From Cenococcum geophilum (taxonomy: Eukaryota): a DNA stretch of 64,000 nucleotides. The notes under the pieces are model-generated. The model was not told the DNA's origin. It saw only the letters and a list, made by a program, of their open reading frames with translations, and did no database searches. A program made the translations under genes and the position numbers. Positions within the stretch are counted from its first letter, which is position 1, and each line of letters opens with the position of its first letter. Positions 12,677-24,362 of the stretch are shown piece after piece. The stretch covers positions 10,168,001 through 10,232,000 of the forward strand of contig CP158635.1 of NCBI GenBank assembly GCA_050273025.1. The letters run 5' to 3'.

Positions 12677-15359
12677 CTAAGAGTAATCCCCTGGACCATC
12701 CTGCCTGTTCGATCTACTTGGCACCTGTACGAGATGAGGTTCTGCAGCCAAGTTTCCCCCCTTATCCATATCCCATAACAAGATATGACGTGACCCGACA
12801 ATGATAACAAGGTGTGCCTGCAACTCAAGACTTCGTTTCTCCACCAGTTGCTGCACATAAGTGCTCTTGATATAATCCCTTAGCTGCGGGCCATCATTTT
12901 CCATAACCCATGATTCAATTGTTCCCTGGTGGTGCCGGTCCCAAGTAGAGAATCTAAGCTTAAGAATTTCGGGGAGCTTGTAGTCGCGCAGGGTTTTTAA
13001 TTTAGCAACAATATTCGCATTTCTGTTACCGTCAACTTGTACATCTAGGAAGTTAATTCGATAGCACTTCCATTCGATAACTATCAGCCGTCCAGGAACC
13101 TGGAAGAGAAGATCGATACGACCCTTCATTAGGTCTAGCTATATAAGACGTTAGATATTATCTAGCTAATAGTAAGTAATAGATTAATTACCTTGATCAC
13201 TTGGAATTCTGCGCGTGGAACAAGATAAGGGTTTCCTAGGAGGCAGGAATAGAAGCTATCCCGATGGCCTACTTCACCCGTTTCGGTAACATCTCTAATA
13301 GTGACGTCCCGTTGTATCATCAATTCTCGATAAACACCCAACGTTCGTTTAAGTTCTCCGTAGTTAATGAGATGCTGAAGTGCTTCTACGAGAGAGTTAC
13401 GTAGATCATACTTTTCAAGAACCGCGAGAATAATACGATTTTCCGCAACACTATTCGGTATCTTAAGGTGCGTTGTCGGCTTTTCTGGGTGAAACGTAAG
13501 GCCGCCGAAGTATACAATTAGTGAACGCCACGAATAGTGACTTTCAGCCCTACTCTAGAAGAGAGATAAGTTAGTATAAGCGGGAACTGGGGCTAAGATA
13601 TTAGCATACCAAGTCTTGAAGCGTAAATTCGCGTTTGAATCGGCCGTATTCTAGAGGTATAAAGTGTCCATTTTCGTCACGTTTTAGTGCGTCTTCGAAG
13701 TCTTTTATTACTGGCGCTGAAGCAGCAAATCTCCGAAGAAACTGTTCAGATACTTCAGAGTTTTCCGGGTCTTGAGTCTCTGGTTTCACTCGCTCGATAC
13801 AACACTGAAGATATGCCAAGCACGTCTCTGTGTTGTAAACAGTTTTGACCGTTTCATCATTACAGAAATGATATCCGTTGAAACATTTAGTCATTTCTGA
13901 AAGAAAATGGTTGTAGTCTTTAGGGCCTTCGCAGATTCCCTTTAGAGCATCTTCTAAGTCTGAATACGTTAAACCACAAAGCCCGGCTAGGTCCCTATGG
14001 AATGACAGATTTCTCGTCACATTAAACGCACTGCCGAGACTGGATAAGGAGAGCGGTGAGATGCCCGTGATGAAAATTCTTCGGATGATCCCTTCTGTGC
14101 CCAATGACTTTATTGTAGCCCAAAAAGATTTGAAAGTTTGTCCGGCTGCTGCATCATCCCAAGCGATCTTGGGTCCTTTGACGGTCTTAGGTGGTTCGAG
14201 GTAGTTGTTAAGGAAAGCATCGTACTCATCAACGAGCACGTAGATCCCTTCAATACTATGAAGTCGCTCATCCTGCTTAATTGCATCTTGAACTAACTCG
14301 GCACACTGCTGAAGACTAAGGTTGGGCTCGTTAATGTCAATATTTTGACATAGATCAGCAAAGTTTCCGCCTAAGTATGCAGTATATGTTCTATAGAACG
14401 TCTTAAGGGAAGAATTTAAGAACTTGAGAAGCGCGTTATCCGCCTTCACAAGATCTGAGCTGGATTTGACTTTAGAAAAATCGAATTTTAAGACAAAGTA
14501 CTGTCCGGGTTCCACATAGTTTTCGTTTTTTGCTTTTCTTTCATTGATATCTTTTTGCACATCAAGCCCCTAGAGTAATTAAAAGAGAAGTAAGTTCTCA
14601 CGTTAAGGTAATTAAGGATATTGTTGCATACCTTATAGAGTGATTGATGTTCACCTGCATACTGAAGACCGTGGAAATGTTCTAGCATGCTTACTGTTAA
14701 TGTTTTGCCGAACCGACGTGGACGGCAGAAAAGGATGGAAGTGTGGAGTTCGTGCAACTTAAAGATGTAGCGAGTACGATCAAAGTAAGCCTGGCCCTCT
14801 TTCTGTAGAAGTTTGGAAAAATTTTCATCTAATCCGGATTGGAAGAACTTCAGTTTGCCGTTAATTATTAGGCTGCTATTACCAACTTTGATTCTCTTTG
14901 GTAAACGCGCTATATCAGTATAAGGTGGACTCTTTCTCTTCCCCGTCTTAGGGTCTGCAGTGTGTTCTGCTAACATAATATGGATTAGTGTAAAGAGAAC
15001 GATAAAGGTGTGTGGTCGGTGAACTTACCAGTGCTGGTATCTTGCTCCTTCCCTTTCTGTACCATACCGGCGGTCTCCCCCCCGGCGATCTCACTCGCTA
15101 GATCCGCGAGCCTCTCGCTGGTCCCAATAGGCAGGTTGCATTCTTTGTGGAAGTACTTCTTGTCACCAGCATATTTTAAGAAGACAACCCCGTCGATAGA
15201 TGAGTCTTTGAATTTCTCAAGTTTGTCACCTTTGAGCAGTTTCGGTACCTTTTGTTGAATCCACTCAAGCAGCTCGTCTTCATCCCACTTTTTTATCTCC
15301 TCGATTGCGGGCTTTGTGTGGCTGGCATGCTTGGGGTTATGTTCTGGAAAGGATTCCAT
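12677..15359 (-). CDS. SAM-like header + AAA-ATPase-like (PF09820-type) P-loop NTPase + PD-(D/E)XK nuclease; Crinkler/CR-type architecture. Exons 15359-15029, ~14970-14632, 14569-13610, 13554-13192, 13138-12677
   Basis: SAM-like IKKWDEDELLEWIQQK...IDGVVFL...LPIGTSERL; Walker A CRPRRFGKTL; Walker B YVLVDEYDA; FITGISPL..AFNV; FNGYHF..VYNT; LIVYFGGLT..LKIPN; nuclease motif EFQV..GRIDLL..LIVIEWK. Four GT-AG introns join the three ORF-track segments and the 13554-13192 exon in frame. Confidence 0.85.
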
Positions 15360-15873
15360 GGCGGTTGATACGGTGTAGGAAGCAGGCGTAGGAGTGGCGG
15401 CAGAGGGCAAGCAAGTAGAAAGAGAAGGCACAATGGCCAACCGGTAGACGATATCAGGGTCAGGATTCCAAGATGGGGAGGTAAGAAAAGCTTGTTCGAG
15501 ATGAAGGTGGTTGGATTGACAAAAGGAACTCATGAGTCCCTAAATGAGATTTGTCAAGCCACTACTAAATGTTCATACCACGTGACTTCTACGCCTCACG
15601 CGAAATCCCATTCTCTCGTCATGGCGAGCCTTCCGCTGCTGCCCAGCAGACTGCATAACACACTCCCATTTCGATACACCTATCATATTGCACCGGTCCG
15701 AATTGCCCTTCTTCTCGTTAGGATATATCTGGCGCGTCGGAAACCCGTGCACCACGGAATCCTTCGCTGACCCGCGCTCGACTCTGTCCATTGCCGCAAT
15801 CTCTCCCCAGGAACCGCTCCTCCAAAAGCATTCCTAAAACTTTGCGCGACGCTCATGCGCCACACGGATCAAT

Positions 15874-18449
15874 ATGCATATTGACGAAGCAGACTCGCCA
15901 GCTCTCAAAAAATGGATCGTTCCTAAATTGGAGGCCATGTAAGGCGTCCGCGCGCTCTTCGCTGCCCACTAGTTGCTGATTATGGATTTAGTTCTGATGC
16001 AGATTCCGATGTCCTTGCAGATTACGTGATCGCTCTTGTTAAGTCTGAAGATTCGGATGAGCAGGTGAGGAGGAATTGTCTTGAAAACCTGCCGGACTTT
16101 CTTAGAGACAGTAAGGAATTCTTGCACCTGGACTAAAGACCTATTACTGACATGAGACAGACACGGGCACTTTCGTAAACGGCGTCTTCGATGCTATTCG
16201 CACTAAATCATTTTTGCCTGGTTATGTTCCTCCCACCACGTCAACCCTGTCTGCGACAGCCCCTGCCTTCAATCCTCCCAGCGGACCCTCGGCCGGCACG
16301 AACAGACAAACGAACCTCCCAGGGCTATTAAACGGAGGTTACAATGGAAAAGGCGATCAATCACGAAAGCGGAGCTATAACGAGCGCGAAACTAGCGAAT
16401 CGAGGGATGGACGCGATCCTCATTACAGCAGAGGTGCTGGTGGGGATAGGTCAGTAAAGCAAATAAGGAGAGGTGGGAGAAACAGTCGTCAAGGAGGACT
16501 CCCCGGCCAGGATGTTGCCATGGGAGGTCTTCCAGGTCTCTCAGGTATGCCAGGGGCCTCTTTGCCTAACATGTCGGCATTACCCTCAATGCCTACTCCT
16601 CCGCCCGGATTCCCGTCTTTCGACCCCAACAATCCATTAGCTGGTCTTCTCGCGATGCAGGCCATGGGATTTCCCCTCCCGGGAATGCCACCGTTACCAT
16701 TGGCTGGTTCTCCTCCAGCATTTGGTCAAGCAGGATCGCCTGGACGTGATCTTCCGCCAGGAAGAAAGGAGAGGTGTAAAGATTATGATACCAAAGGATT
16801 CTGTGCGCTGGGTAGCGTCTGCCCATACGAACATGGAGCGGACCACCTGGTTGTTCCTCCTTCAGCAGAGGGTATATATATTTCATCACTCCGAGACTCA
16901 CGAATCAGGCGGGACTACGACGCTAACGAACCGGTGCTAGAATATGACCCCAACAAAGCATCTCTTGCGGTGGAGCCCCATAAGCCCACTAATGGACATG
17001 GATCTTATGACGGCCATCGTAACGGTGATAGAGGACGAGGACGAGGCCGTGGGCGTGGTGATAGGGGTGGTTTCTCGAGTAATCGAGGACGTGCATCCTT
17101 CTCTCACGCCGGTCCGAATTTCGACCGCTCGAACACGACCGTGGTTGTGGAGCAAATTCCCGAAGAGAAGTTCGACGAACAATCAGTTCATGACTTCTTT
17201 TCGCAATTCGGCAACGTTGTCGGCATCCAAATGCAGGCTTACAAACGGCTTGCGATTGTTAAATTTGATGACTATTTTGCAGCTCGCGGCGCCTACGATA
17301 GCCCCAAAGTTATATTTGACAACAGATTCGTCAAGGTATATTGGTATAAACCTGATGCAGTTCCCACGCCACCTGCTCACCCCAACGGCTCGGCAAAGAC
17401 TGCATCGCCTCCCGCTTCCAAGCCGGATGAGGAAATGATCGACCCAGCTGAGATCGAGAAACGGCAAGCCGAGGCTCAGAAAGCATATGAAGAGAAAATC
17501 AGGAAGCGTCAGGAGGCAGCGACACAGCGTGAGGAGCTTGACAGGAAATTGAAAGCGCAAGTAGAAGAAAAGAAGAAATTGCTCGAAAAGCTAGCGGCTA
17601 AGACGGGTGGGAAAGCACCAAGTGTCGAGGCCGAAGCTCCAGCGGCGGAAGAGGGCAGCAGTGCGTCTACTGCGGAGAGCAAGAAGAAAGAAGCCTTGGA
17701 AGCACAGCTTGCGGCGCTTGAGGCTGAAGCTAAGAGTATTGGACTTAATCCTGAGGAGCCATGGCAAGGTCAAGGAAGGGGAAGAGGCAGGGGCGGATAT
17801 AGAGGTCGCGGAGGCTATTTCCCACGAGGGCGCGGTTTTGATCCATATAGAGGGTCTTATCGCGGCCGAGGTAGCTTCACCGGTGCACCGTATGGTGGTG
17901 GGCGTGGTGGAGTCAAGAGACTTGACAATCGGCCTAAGAAAGTTGCAGTGGCAGGAGTCGAGGCGGGAACGGAGAGAGATGAGGCCTTGCGGCAATATCT
18001 ATTTGTTGGTCTCCGATGTTGCACCTCACACGAGGAGAATTTTGATTGGCTAACAATTCTGGTAGAACAACTTTGATTTCGAAAGCATAGAGCCGCATCC
18101 GGACCGCAAAGACGCCCAGGTTGTCACCTTCAAGGAGCGCTATGTCGCTGAGAGCGTACGTCCCCAATGTCCTCTTACAACGTTACCTTTCTATATACTG
18201 ACAGAATTCCAGTTCATTTCCACCGCAACCGAAATTCCCAATGCTGGGAAAGTTGAACTCTCCTGGGTCAACAGTACCCCTACCGCTGCTGCTCCAGCTG
18301 CAGCTACTACTCCCGCCAAGCAAGAACCGGCCATTGATAACGACGTTGCTATGGGGGAGCATGCTAATGGCAGCACAGATCATAGCGTGAGAGGCGGAGA
18401 GGTAGACTACGATGTTGCCGATGATGAGGATCGCTGGATGGCGACGTAG
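15874..18449 (+). CDS. RBM26/27 (Rmn1-like) RNA-binding protein: PWI-like N-terminus, CCCH zinc finger, RRM, coiled coil, RGG boxes. Introns ~15939-15991, 16111-16160, 16872-16940, 18005-18065, 18156-18212
   Basis: LKKWIVPKLEAISDADSDVLADYVIALVK; CKDYDTKGFCALGSVCPYEH; RRM TTVVVEQIP...AIVKF...FDNRFVKVYW; RGRG repeats; C-terminal DYDVADDEDRWMAT*. Confidence 0.88.
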
Positions 18450-18596
18450 CGCGCATGGCCGCTAGTATATGGGCTTTTATCACAGGGTGATGATAGCACA
18501 GGGTACTTTCGGTTCAACTGCATTCGTAGGCAACATTAAGTATTTTGAGTCGGGGTCCTCTTGGAGATTTGCATTGTATGATATGAGCATTGGAAG

Positions 18597-19971
18597 GTGA
18601 AGGAAAGTAATCTGATGCTTTTTGAGTGCGACAGTCGGTGTTTTGGCTCACTTCATTTAAGTGCACTCACTATTTGTTGCATTGTTTGGAAAGTACTTCG
18701 TCCTTGGGCGTCAACTTTGCTTGAACCAAATGATGACAACATTCACCGCTGGAATGACTATTACTTTTACGCCGACTTCACTCCAGTTAAATCCACGAAG
18801 CCAGCTTCCTCCCTCGGCCCAGTCTTGTTTTCCACTGTGTTCGCCAATAACGCATTCACGAATCCGACACGTACATTCTACAATTTTGAGCAGCATTATC
18901 AGTCCCCAATTAATGGCAATACCATCGAAGCGGGTCCCAAGGCTTCGAGGGGTTATTTTCCCTTCTTCGAGTTACCACGGGAACTTCGCGATTGGATCTA
19001 TGCTTTGCTCTAGCATACGACAAAAAAATTCAAATCAAGACCACCGTTGTCGCACACAGGTTTCGCACATTTGCGGGAATGTTGGTGAATGTTAGCGGAA
19101 GTCTACCATTGAAATACCAGCAGCCTCCATTGTGCACTTTAGAAGTACGTTCCCTATATCATTGGTTAGCACGAAAGAGAACAGCTTCCTTGTACGCTGG
19201 ATCCCAATGCGCATAGGACATACTTAGAATGTGCACTGGCCAGAAGGAATCGTCGTGGGGAGAAAATAGACCTGAAAATATCCCCTGTGGGTCGCCAAAT
19301 ATATGAAGTCTCTTAGACTTTCTACATGAAGAATACCTTCACATTCTACGACGACTACACCAGTTGGCCATCCTCGGTTTGTCTCGCGTTTCTCAATGAC
19401 CGCCCATCCTCTGCGTTAAAGAACATCCAACATATTGCTCTTAATATCGGCGACGAAAAACTGTGCAGTTATCATCTGGCAAATAATAGCGTATGGACCT
19501 TGCTTTGCACCGCCCTCAAGGCAAAGGTTTCTAGCCGAGTGAATAAACTTTGAAATGAAGTGAACCCCACGTCGGTCCCTTTCGGCCCTCTACTCCCTAC
19601 CCCCTCACTTTCCAGCAAAGCCAACCGTGCATCACCTATCACCCTCTTTCAAGTCTTCGTTCCTAAGTCCGTTGGATGATGAGGGGGAAACTGATGTTCG
19701 ATGCCTTGTGGGCTTAGCGAAAGTGCTTAGAGCTAACGTGCTGAAGAATGGTGCTCGATTCGGGACGAAGAATATCAGAGCTCACCGGCGCAAAATGCGT
19801 AAGATAGAACAAAGGATTGTTGATATTTCTTGTCATGACAACGAAAAGGGACACTCATTACTGTCTCCCAGAGAGGCAGTTACCGACGAAAAGACGATGA
19901 CGAAGCCTTGCACAGCATTTACGAGTGGAGTGACTGTAAAGATTTATATGATGAAGCCGAAAGATACATAG
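18597..19971 (+). pseudogene. Fragmented F-box-like hypothetical gene
   Basis: FPFFELPRELRDWIYALL is immediately followed by a stop (19013). Downstream fragments (QIYEVS*TFYMKNTFTF..FLNDRPSSALKNIQHIAL) lie in other frames. Confidence 0.45.
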
Positions 19972-20816
19972 AGTAGAGGACCTACAGATGCTGTTGAGCC
20001 GGCTAAACATTGCGTTATTAATTAGTAGAGGCAAAGAAATGCGGTGCCTTGCGGGAAATTTACGGAGTCTAACCCGTTAATTATGTTATGTCTACTAATA
20101 ATTTTAGGGAAGTTATGCGAAGCAATAGGACAGTAGCAGAGTCAATTGCAATCTTGTAGGAAATTTTCCTTTGCTTTGTTACCTTATGACTACGGGCGGT
20201 GTGACTAGTACGGGAAGGTACCAGGGACTTTCAGATAGCACTTATGGAGCTGCAACGGGGCAGACCCTCTTTTACAACAGATCACGTATATTTCTAGCCT
20301 GCATAGTGACTATCATGTTAGATATCCGTGATGCTGGTTAGCAATACGCCAAAGGATAAAAAGGAGGGTGGATGTTTTGTGGCGCTCCAAGGTCCACTGT
20401 AAAGGCATCAAAACTAGGAGCGGAAAAATCGCTCCCACATGGCTTTTCTTGGATACAATTGTAGAATAAATGGTACAAAGTGGTGATAGACTGGTGATAG
20501 AGTGTTGATAGCAGCAGGAGGTGGATGATGGATTTCGAGGGCGGTTTGGTTGAGAAGTCTTGGCAGGGGCAAAGTCTGAAAGCGGAGATGGAAGCGGCGG
20601 AAATTGAGTACCCTGCATACCCAATCCAACCTCAATCACTCATTCACTCTTGACCTGGCGAATTGCGTGGGCTCTTTTAGTGCACAGGGTGTCGCTCGCT
20701 TGTCATATCGCCTTCGCCCTTCTTTTCCAACCTTCTCTCCAAAGCTTCTCTTAGACTCCTAAACTTTCTACGAGGAGCACTGGGATTCCATCTTCTGTGC
20801 CTGCTCTTCATTCACA

Positions 20817-22688
20817 ATGGTTGCGAATGCGAGCTTCGTCTCGCCCACAGCAGACGCCAAATTTGCCCAAAAAATCAGCCAGTTCGATACCAATGGCATT
20901 GTATCTACTCTGCTCAATGGTGTCAACGGCTGGACGATAACACTCACCGTATTCCTGATGCTTGTTGCATATGACCAATGTAAATTGGAAACCCAATTGC
21001 GCTTGCGCGAATGTACTAACAACTCTACAGTCAAGTATATCTGGAACAAAGGATCGATTGTTGGCCCAACATTCAAGACCCCCTTTATCGGACCCTTTCT
21101 CCAATCAATGAATCCTAAGTTCGGCGAGTACCACGCCAAATGGTTGAGCGGACCTCTGAGTTGCGTTTCTGTCTTTCACAAGTAATGCGCCCCTATATCC
21201 TCCAACGTCGAGTCCTCGCTACTTGTCTGGTCCTTCAATTTGATGCTAATTGCCGTATTCGGAGCACAGATTCGTCGTCATTGCCTCTACCCGCGACATG
21301 GCACGCAAAGTCTTCAATTCTCCTGCCTTCGTCAAGCCATGCGTCGTCGATGCCGCCTACAAGCTCCTCCGGCCGACCAATTGGGTCTTCCTAGACGGAA
21401 AAGCCCATGTCGACTACCGAAAGGGTCTTAATGGCCTCTTCACGCGTCAAGCTCTCGAGACATACCTCCCGGGCCAGGAAGAAGTGTACATCCAATATTT
21501 CAAGAAATTCCTGAGAATCTCGCAAGAGGAGCACAAGGGACAGCCAACGCCGTTCATGCCGGACTTCAGAGAACTCATGTGCGCCGTCAGCTGCAGGACC
21601 TTCGTCGGCCACTATATTTCAGACCATGCTATCAAGAAGATCGCGGACGACTACTACCTAATCACTGCTGCCCTCGAACTTGTCAACTTCCCGATCATCC
21701 TACCGTGGACCAAGAGCTGGTATGGCAAGAAAGCCGCTGACATGGTTCTCGAGGAGTTCGCGAAGTGTGCAGCCAAGAGCAAAGTACGCATGGCCGCTGG
21801 CGGCAAGACAGAGTGCATTCTCGATGGTTGGGTCAGCCAAATGCTGAAATCCGAACGGTACCGCCAGAAAGTCGCAGAAGGCAAGGAAATCGATACCGAG
21901 AAGCCCAGCATGCTCATCCGACTCTTCTCTGACTTCGAGATCTCAATGACGCTGTTCACCTTCCTCTTTGCCTCGCAGGATGCTACTAGCTCCGCATCTA
22001 CATGGCTGTTCCAGATCATGGCTGACCGACCAGACTTGTTGGACAAGGTACGCGAGGAAAATCTGAGAGTCAGGGGTGGCGATAGAAACATGCCGGTGAC
22101 AATGGACTTGATGGAAAGCCTGACATACACAAGAGCGGTCGTTAAGGAGACGTTAAGGTATCGCCCACCCGTCATCATGGTGCCCTATGTTGCCAAGAAG
22201 GCATTCCCGATCACCGAGGACTATACCGTTCCAAAAGGTATGTTTACGAACAGACCCCGTCACACCCAGAATTCCAGAGCAAAATATAACTGACGAAACA
22301 TTGCAGGCTCCATGATTGTCCCAACGACCTATCTAGCCCTCCACGACGCTGAAGCCTACCCAGACCCAGATACATACAACCCTGACCGCTGGATAACTGG
22401 CGACGCCGAGAAGCAGGTCAAGAACTGGCTCGTCTTCGGCACCGGCCCCCACTACTGCCTTGGCCAGACCTATGCCGTCATGAACTTGATGCTGATGGTG
22501 GGCAAGGCTAGCATGTTCCTAGACTGGAAACACAAGGTCACGGATAAGAGTGAGGAGATCAAGGTTTTCGCGACATTGTTCCCAATGGTACATTACTCCG
22601 CATAGATATACTATTTCTGGCTTCAAACAACCTTGCTAACGTGATTCGACAGGACGACTGCCTTCTCACCTTCACAGAGCGACCGTAG
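20817..22688 (+). CDS. ERG5: Sterol C-22 desaturase, cytochrome P450 CYP61; introns 20980-21030, 21182-21269, 22238-22306, 22588-22652
   Basis: [31 protein letters not shown]-helix [13 protein letters not shown], Exx[11 protein letters not shown], heme motif [10 protein letters not shown], end [17 protein letters not shown]. Confidence 0.96.
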
Positions 22689-23289
22689 ACAATTGTCCAC
22701 CGGCACTGATTCCTTCTCTTGCACTCTTGTCGAGCTGTTTAGCGTCTATGGTCGGGAGCATTTAGATACCCACTCCGTACCACCGCTTGTTTTCGACACT
22801 TAATGCGTCATATATATATATTTTATGTCTTACATTGAGTTCCGGGCCATTGCCATCCGCACGGCGATGTGCTTTGGATACTTAGGGGGTTGGGAGGTGT
22901 AATAATATTGGGCTGGGTAGATGGTGTGATTTGGAGAGGGATTAGATGTGGGAGGAAGATTTAATGGGCTGGTGGATGGTGGGGAGGAAGTGCATAGGGG
23001 TGAAGAATATCATGAGACCTGGTGCAGATAGATATTTTTGTATATAGCTTCCTGACTCTAATGGTAATAGAGGTATTCTTAAATCAGTATTGCTTAAGTT
23101 TAGTCGCCAGCGTAATATTACAAATAAATTAGGCGAAGTACAGTCGCTTCGGAAAAGGATGGGTTTATGTCAGAAACCATGATCAACCACAGAAATTTAC
23201 CGAATCCTCACCTGTTTGAACCACTTTTCTGTACCCGCGCATGACACCACCCATTGCCTTATTATTATCTTATATTTAAAGCCATGGGC

Positions 23290-24362
23290 AACCCCGCCTG
23301 GTTGACCGAATAGAAGTTAATTATATAAGCTCTAATTAACCTTAGCTGCGACAACTTCTATATAGAAGTTAAGACCCGCGTTCCTTACTCTACTCTTTAA
23401 CACTAAAGGGCGAATTTAAAGAGGTATGGCTAGATTAATCCACTAATTAGGGGAAATGGCAGGCCACTATTACTTATAGATGATGCTCTAGATGTATAAC
23501 GTCAGGTAATAATATTAATATTAATTTTACTAATAAACGCGTACTAATTAGGGCCTCCTTAAATACCTTATATATAGTCCAGACGCCTATTTTAAAGAGA
23601 TGCTCTAGTTTCTATACGACGAATATAATATAATAGTAGTACGAAGTATACTGTTGGCTAGATTAAAGCGAAGAAAATGGAGTAGAAAGGTTATAAGGAT
23701 AATTGCGCAATAGCGTAACCTAGGCCTAAGGGATAACTAGATTATTTAAATCTGTAACTATAGACGCGATTAGTTTATCTTTATTAATAAATTAGCTTAT
23801 AATAAGAAGATAATAAATAGAAAGTATAAATAGGCGCTAATTAATAAGCCTGCTAAAGGAATATCGGAATTAAAGAGATCTAAAAGATGGAGCTTGCTGC
23901 CAGCGTATACCTATTAGGGCTATATGCCTGGCTAGTTAATATACTAGGGCGCTATTAATAGGCTAATGTTTATTAAATGGATAAAGAATAAGGTTCTTAC
24001 TTATATATAGCTTTATCCACAGCCTTATTTAGTTCTAGTAATAGATAATATATTAATCCATTGTAATAAGGTATATAGTGTCTATAAAGGATAGGTGTTA
24101 ATACTATTACTTACTTAAACCTAGGAAGTTTAACGCCTCTATAATACTGCTAGTGTTAGGCTTAAATATCTTCCTCCTTATTTACCCGATTTTAATTTAA
24201 TTAAAGCTTCTTTTTATAACTTAAAGTAGTGGCTATATGCTTATTAATTTAAAGCTAATCTATAGAATAACTTTAGTAACTTTTTAAGCTACGCGGTAGA
24301 GCAATAAGGATTTAATAAGAGGGCAAAAGGCTATTTCTTACGGGTAGGAATTAAGAGGTAGT
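23290..24362 (+). pseudogene. RIP-inactivated DDE (Tc1/IS630-type) transposase
   Basis: De-RIPped reading gives ERWSLLPAYT..GY, VLVMDNASIH-like and LPPYSPDFNPIEASF motifs; many TAA/TAG stops. Ends approximate. Confidence 0.7.

Noticed and set aside
7508..22688. EF-2 or ERG5 as self-resistance genes of the NRPS cluster
   Set aside because: Both look like ordinary housekeeping copies, are separated from the NRPS by an 11-kb TE block, and no duplication or resistance substitution could be shown.
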